From a candidate division FCPU426 bacterium (GTDB taxonomy: Bacteria > Oederibacteriota > Muellerivitia > Muellerivitales > Muellerivitaceae): a DNA stretch of 64,000 bases. A program made the position numbers and the translations under genes. Positions 59,915 to 64,000 of this stretch are shown one piece after another (the stretch's first letter is position 1; every line of letters starts with the position of its first letter). The notes below the pieces were generated by a model. That model had not been told where the DNA came from. It searched no databases and worked only from the letters and a program-made list of their open reading frames with translations. The DNA lies in the NCBI GenBank assembly GCA_963847625.1, contig CAWKAR010000040.1:1-64000 (forward strand). The letters are read 5' to 3'.

Positions 59915-60757
59915 TTATGGAGTTTTCGCGCAGCGGCAACCGTGCTTGCCGTATTGGAAGTCAGGGACATTGTTTCCCCGGTCGGCGGAGCGCATATTGT
60001 CGAGTTTGTCCGTCCAGGATCCCCCCCTAAGGACCTTGTACTGCCCGGTGTCGGGGCCTTGCGGATTCTTGCCCGGGCTGTCGGCGTAATAAGTGTCGTT
60101 GTACCAGTCCTGGCACCATTCCCAAATATTCCCCACGATGTCATAGAGTCCGAGGGGATTCGCTTTCTTGCTTCCGACCGGATGGGTCTTCCCCAGGGAA
60201 TTGTCGATGTACCAGCCATATTCCCCGCCCTGGTTGGCGTCGCTTCCCCAAAAATAATCGAAATTTGTCCCAGCCCGGACCGCCTTTTCATATTCCGCCT
60301 CGGTCGGAAGCCGCTTCCCGGCCCATTTGCAATAGGCGTCCGCGTCGTACCAACTGATATTCATGACGGGCCTTTTTCCCCTGCCCGCCCCTGCCTCGTC
60401 CGGCTTTTGCCGTCCCGTGGCACCGCAAAACCTGTCGTATTGGTCGAAGGTGGCCGGATAACGGTCCAGGTAATAAGCGCTCAACCAAACCTTATGCCTC
60501 GGGTGCTCATTGTCGTAACCCTTGTTCACTGGCGAACCCATCCAGAAAGAACCCGCCGGGATTAAAACCATCGATCCTGAATTTTTCGATTTTTTTTTGG
60601 GTTGGTCCGGCGTCACCGGCTCCGCTTTTGGAGTGCTTGCAGTCCCCCCTAAAGCCGCGTTCTGATCCTTCGCGGGTGCGGTATCCGAAGAAAAAATCCG
60701 TCCCGGGAACACCCAGGCTAGGAAGAGGATAGAAGTAAAAATGATCGTTTTAAACAT
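59915..60757 (-). CDS. Secreted formylglycine-generating enzyme (SUMF1/FGE-sulfatase) family protein
   Basis: MVLIPAGSFWMGS, RPVMNISWYDA, RLPTEAEYE, GLYDIVGNIWEW, VLRGGSW; lacks the catalytic Cys pair of true FGE. Confidence 0.88.
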   Translation of the reverse strand: MFKTIIFTSILFLAWVFPGRIFSSDTAPAKDQNAALGGTASTPKAEPVTPDQPKKKSKNSGSMVLIPAGSFWMGSPVNKGYDNEHPRHKVWLSAYYLDRYPATFDQYDRFCGATGRQKPDEAGAGRGKRPVMNISWYDADAYCKWAGKRLPTEAEYEKAVRAGTNFDYFWGSDANQGGEYGWYIDNSLGKTHPVGSKKANPLGLYDIVGNIWEWCQDWYNDTYYADSPGKNPQGPDTGQYKVLRGGSWTDKLDNMRSADRGNNVPDFQYGKHGCRCAKTP

Positions 60758-60861
60758 GCAAAATTCCTTGTCAGTCCTATTTAAAAATTAAGGCATAATG
60801 AGGGTATATCTCGAATTGGAATGATAGCATAAAGATAAAATAGGAAAAGAGAGCAAGAGCC

Positions 60862-61242
60862 ATGGCTGAAAATCAAACCTGCCCCTTTTGCGCGCCCAAA
60901 ACTACCGATATTGTTTTGCAAAATGATTTGGCCTATGCCAAGTGGGACATTTATCCCGTCACCGAGGGGCATTTGTTGGTTCTGCCCAAGCGCCATATCG
61001 CGAGTTATTTCGGGGCATCTCCCGGGGAAAAGGCGAAACTTTGGGAGCTCGTGGACCAATGCAAGGAAATGTTGGACCGCAAATACAAGCCGGACGGCTA
61101 CAACATCGGCATCAACGAGGGCACCCCGGCGGGCCAGACCATTTTTCACGTGCATATCCATATGATCCCGCGCAGGAAAAGGGACATGGAAAATCCCCGC
61201 GGCGGCGTTAGGCATGTGATTCCATCGAAGGGAAATTATTAA
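60862..61242 (+). CDS. HIT family nucleotide hydrolase
   Basis: CPFC, PVTEGHLLV.PKRH, GYNIGIN...AGQTIFHVHIHMIPR. Confidence 0.93.
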   Translation: MAENQTCPFCAPKTTDIVLQNDLAYAKWDIYPVTEGHLLVLPKRHIASYFGASPGEKAKLWELVDQCKEMLDRKYKPDGYNIGINEGTPAGQTIFHVHIHMIPRRKRDMENPRGGVRHVIPSKGNY

Positions 61243-61360
61243 ATCCTTGGCGGATCAGGCCTAAATCATTGGAAGAGTTTTCAATGTCCTTCATAAATTT
61301 TCAAGTGGCCTGCTCTGAGACCTGAAAGACCTAATCCCGGATTTTTCAAATCAAAGAGAA

Positions 61361-61433
61361 TGGCTCCCCATTCATGACGATTTTCGAACCGTTAGCTTCG
61401 AGGTAGTTCGAAAATAGTCATGAATGGCCTCCA
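61361..61433. repeat. Long inverted repeat at the edge of the AT-rich islet (possible att remnant)
   Basis: CCATTCATGACGATTTTCGAAC ... GTTCGAAAATAGTCATGAATGG, 22-bp arms with one mismatch. Confidence 0.7.
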
Positions 61434-61516
61434 TACCAGATGATTTTCATGCCGATATGAATGGCACCTCAAATTTGACAGGATTTCCAATGCTTTACAT
61501 AATTCGGTAATTTCCA

Positions 61517-61828
61517 TTACTTAAACAACTTGGAAGTAAATAGTACTTTGAATTTTTTTCTAATTATAAGAATCAAAAGACCCATTCCTAAAAAGATCGG
61601 AAATGCATAAGTGGAAGGTGTAAATATTAGTATTAAAAGAATTAATCCCAGAATTAAACTTAGGAAGATACCAGCAAATACAAAACCGGCCAAATTTTCT
61701 GCCATCTTAAGTCTGATGACTTCTTTGCCATCATTTTTTATTCCTGTTAGTGTTTTGCATTTAGGACATTTTTCTGTCCACCTTTTGAACTTATATCCGC
61801 ATTTAGTACATTTACCATAGCCGGTCAT
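61517..61828 (-). CDS. Small zinc-ribbon protein with two TM helices
   Basis: CTKCG...CPKC followed by two hydrophobic segments; GAGG RBS. Confidence 0.7.
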   Translation of the reverse strand: MTGYGKCTKCGYKFKRWTEKCPKCKTLTGIKNDGKEVIRLKMAENLAGFVFAGIFLSLILGLILLILIFTPSTYAFPIFLGMGLLILIIRKKFKVLFTSKLFK

Positions 61829-61901
61829 TTTTCTACGCCTCTTTTCACAAATTGCCTCCCCATATTGGACAAGTTTAGAACTCTTACAAGAAACCCGTTT
61901 T

Positions 61902-62873
61902 TCAAAACCTTAAATTATTAGCCAAATCGTTATTAAACCCTGATAAACCCAGACCGATACACTTTAAGCGCTCATAGCCAAGTAGCCTTAGATACCTATC
62001 GTGAACCTCTTGAGATGGATCAACAACTATCCACTTACATTTAGGGTTGATTTGAAAGGCGCTGATTATTCTAGATCGAGCTTCTTTGTCGCTATCGGGC
62101 ATGGTATAGCCAACGATAATTACATGGGTTGCTTTACACAACCGATCAAAAAATACTTTCCATTGGCACTCAAGGGTTTGTTGGTAAAGTGGGTCCATAT
62201 ATTTATATGCGCTCGGTTCAAGAATAACCGGGGTATTTGAATTTTTTGTTTCATTAGCATAATTTCTCCATTCTTGCTGAAGGGAACCGGAAGATCCGAA
62301 TTGTAGATATGTCAGCCTTTTTTCGATGATCCACCAATTTATGCCACCGTGCAATTTCAGAAATTCATGCTTTGAGGTATCGGAGCGCCAATTATCTAGA
62401 TCAATTAAAAGGTTGGGATTTTTTCGGAATGTGTACCAAAAGGACGATTCAAACAAGCAGTCCCAATTAAAAGACGACCAGGTGGTTAACTTATAATTTT
62501 CCTCGCAGAATTCCAGCAACGGGTTTAGATGAGCGCCTTGAGAAGATTTACCATCATAGACAGCCTTTTTGATAAGGACATACAGATGCCTTTTAAACTT
62601 GGGCAAAGCAGAAATATTAATCAGATTATTCAGTTTCGGGTCATTTTCCCAATCTTTTAAAATTGTTAGCATTTCCTCGACGGTTAAACTCTTATCAGAA
62701 GAATCTATATTATGGCCGCGAGGAGTCCAAAATATTTTCTTCAAATTTCTATGAAGCCATTCATCTTGCATTAGATATTCTCTTGCGTGCCTGTCCTTAA
62801 ATAAATCGCGCAATGTCGGTACACCAAAATCTGCCGATGCACCAGCGCCAATAATGACTACGGCTTTACTCAT
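61902..62873 (-). CDS. SIR2-like (SIR2_2) protein, candidate anti-phage NADase
   Basis: IIGAGAS..GVP, SFNWDCLFE, LKLHGGINW, IIVGYTMPDSD, IVVDP. Confidence 0.85.
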   Translation of the reverse strand: MSKAVVIIGAGASADFGVPTLRDLFKDRHAREYLMQDEWLHRNLKKIFWTPRGHNIDSSDKSLTVEEMLTILKDWENDPKLNNLINISALPKFKRHLYVLIKKAVYDGKSSQGAHLNPLLEFCEENYKLTTWSSFNWDCLFESSFWYTFRKNPNLLIDLDNWRSDTSKHEFLKLHGGINWWIIEKRLTYLQFGSSGSLQQEWRNYANETKNSNTPVILEPSAYKYMDPLYQQTLECQWKVFFDRLCKATHVIIVGYTMPDSDKEARSRIISAFQINPKCKWIVVDPSQEVHDRYLRLLGYERLKCIGLGLSGFNNDLANNLRF

Positions 62874-62904
62874 GAAAACCTCTAGAAGTTACAACATTTT
62901 TTAT

Positions 62905-63284
62905 CTAATCCCAAACATTTGCAGAAGAAGCATTATAAAATTTGACCTTCAACAAACTTCGCTTACTTGAAAAACTCGTTACTTTTGAAATGATCTGTTG
63001 ATTTTCTTCGGAGTCGGGATTTCCAAAAATGCTTACAAATAATTGGGTAACTTTACCTCTTTCTATTAGTTTAACAATGTGATCATCATTTTCTTTAAAA
63101 GCAAAACCAAAGGTAAATAAAATCCCACTTATTTTAGAAAAACTTCTTATGCATCTAGTTAAATAGCCACTGTGGTTTATTTTAGTTATTTTTTCCTTAC
63201 TGATTCCTTCGGAAACGAAAAGAGGGTACATGTTCAAACTAATAGCTTTTCGTATTTGTTCCATTAGAGGAATGTTTGTTCTAC
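62905..63284 (-). pseudogene. 3' fragment of a DUF4917-like (SIR2-fold) gene interrupted by IS3
   Basis: YPLFVSEG.S.EK...SGYL...LFTFGF.F.ENDDHI...LFVSIF; the frame is open upstream of ATG 63264 (RTNIPL) up to the IS end at 63285. Confidence 0.7.
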
Positions 63285-64000
63285 TGACCTTCCCCCAATG
63301 TTTGATCCAAATTTAAGTTAGTTAAGGCCCAACTTTTCGGCCTTTGCTTCCATTGGGGTTTTTCCCCCCAAACTGCTGTGCGGTCTCTGCCAGTTATACA
63401 CCTGCCTCCACCAATCCACGACTACCTGGGCCTCCGCTTTTGAAAGAAAAATTTCTTGGTTCAGGCACTCATCCCTAAACTTTCCGTTGAAACTTTCGAT
63501 GAATCCATTCTGCCATGGACTCCCTGGTTCGATATATAGCACCTCTACGCCCTTCTCCTCAAGCCAGTTCCTCAGTTCTTTCGCCACGAACTCTGGCCCG
63601 TTGTCCACCCGCAGGCACTTTGGTGTCCCGTACTCCGTCATCAACTCGTCCAGCGTCTCCAGCACGTCCCGGCTTCTCATTCGCTTCTCCGCCCGGATCT
63701 CCAAGCATTCCCTAAATCCTTCATCCAACACCGTCAAAAACTTCACCTTTCCCCCGAACCATGTCAGGTCATGCACGAAGTCCATCGTCCACACCTCGTT
63801 GGAACCCAAAGCCGGGTGGGGCCTTCTCCATTCCGTCGGAACCCTCTTCTTCCTGGGTCTCCTGCGCGGTAATTGAAGCCCTGCTACCTGGTAGAGCCTC
63901 TCCACCCGCTTGTGATTCACATCAAGGCCTCTGCGTTCCAACATCCACAACATCCGAGGGCTTCCGAAACGTCGGTTTCTTTGCGCTAACTTAACCATTT
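63285..64000 (-). mobile_element. IS3-family insertion sequence (right end; continues beyond the window)
   Basis: Terminus TGACCTTCCCCCAATGTTTGATCCA at 63285, 33 bp past the transposase stop; abrupt GC increase. Confidence 0.88.
63318..64000 (-). CDS. IS3-family transposase OrfB (5' part outside the window)
   Basis: VNHKRVERLY, WTMDFVHD, RVDNGPEF, PGSPWQNGFIESFNGKFRDECLN, RPHSSLG (DDE integrase core). Confidence 0.95.
   Translation of the reverse strand, partial: MVKLAQRNRRFGSPRMLWMLERRGLDVNHKRVERLYQVAGLQLPRRRPRKKRVPTEWRRPHPALGSNEVWTMDFVHDLTWFGGKVKFLTVLDEGFRECLEIRAEKRMRSRDVLETLDELMTEYGTPKCLRVDNGPEFVAKELRNWLEEKGVEVLYIEPGSPWQNGFIESFNGKFRDECLNQEIFLSKAEAQVVVDWWRQVYNWQRPHSSLGGKTPMEAKAEKLGLN

Noticed and set aside
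61361..61433. Integron attC site or intact tRNA
   Set aside because: Lacks RYYYAAC/GTTRRRY ends and a cloverleaf; no integrase in the window.

Overview
Bacterial chromosomal window, probably from a diderm (a GT9 and a predicted outer-membrane beta-barrel protein are present); the taxon cannot be fixed from sequence alone. Left arm (1-22.5 kb, GC-rich): tsaD (partial), an ftsE-ftsX-envC-S41 protease-YibQ-like cell-envelope operon whose FtsE has lost several catalytic motifs, a GH5, a xylFGH-type ABC importer split by a GT-C-like membrane gene, metK-ahcY, a second sugar ABC importer and a GH3. Centre (22.7-41.7 kb, visibly more AT-rich): a glycosylation locus with two GT-C+PA14 paralogues, two Dpm1-like polyprenol-phosphate mannose synthases, a GT9, two gmd paralogues, three methyltransferases, an NPCBM protein, a DUF2723/TMEM260-like GT-C+TPR protein and a bifunctional PGI/PMI. 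Next to it is a 2173-aa secreted protein with a ~1700-aa (Thr-X)n stalk and a FlgD-Ig/T9SS-CTD-like C-terminus. Further right are a LytS/LytTR pair, a peptidase-propeller-barrel protein coupled to an RNB nuclease, a TMTC-like GT-C+TPR protein, an FGE-family protein and a HIT protein. The window ends in an AT-rich islet with a SIR2-like gene and a DUF4917-like gene cut by an IS3 element. The best candidate for a new system is a bacterial protein O-glycosylation (probably O-mannosylation) machine using eukaryote-type TMEM260- and TMTC-like enzymes, with a co-located mucin-like substrate. All family calls come from motif recognition by eye; no searches were run.
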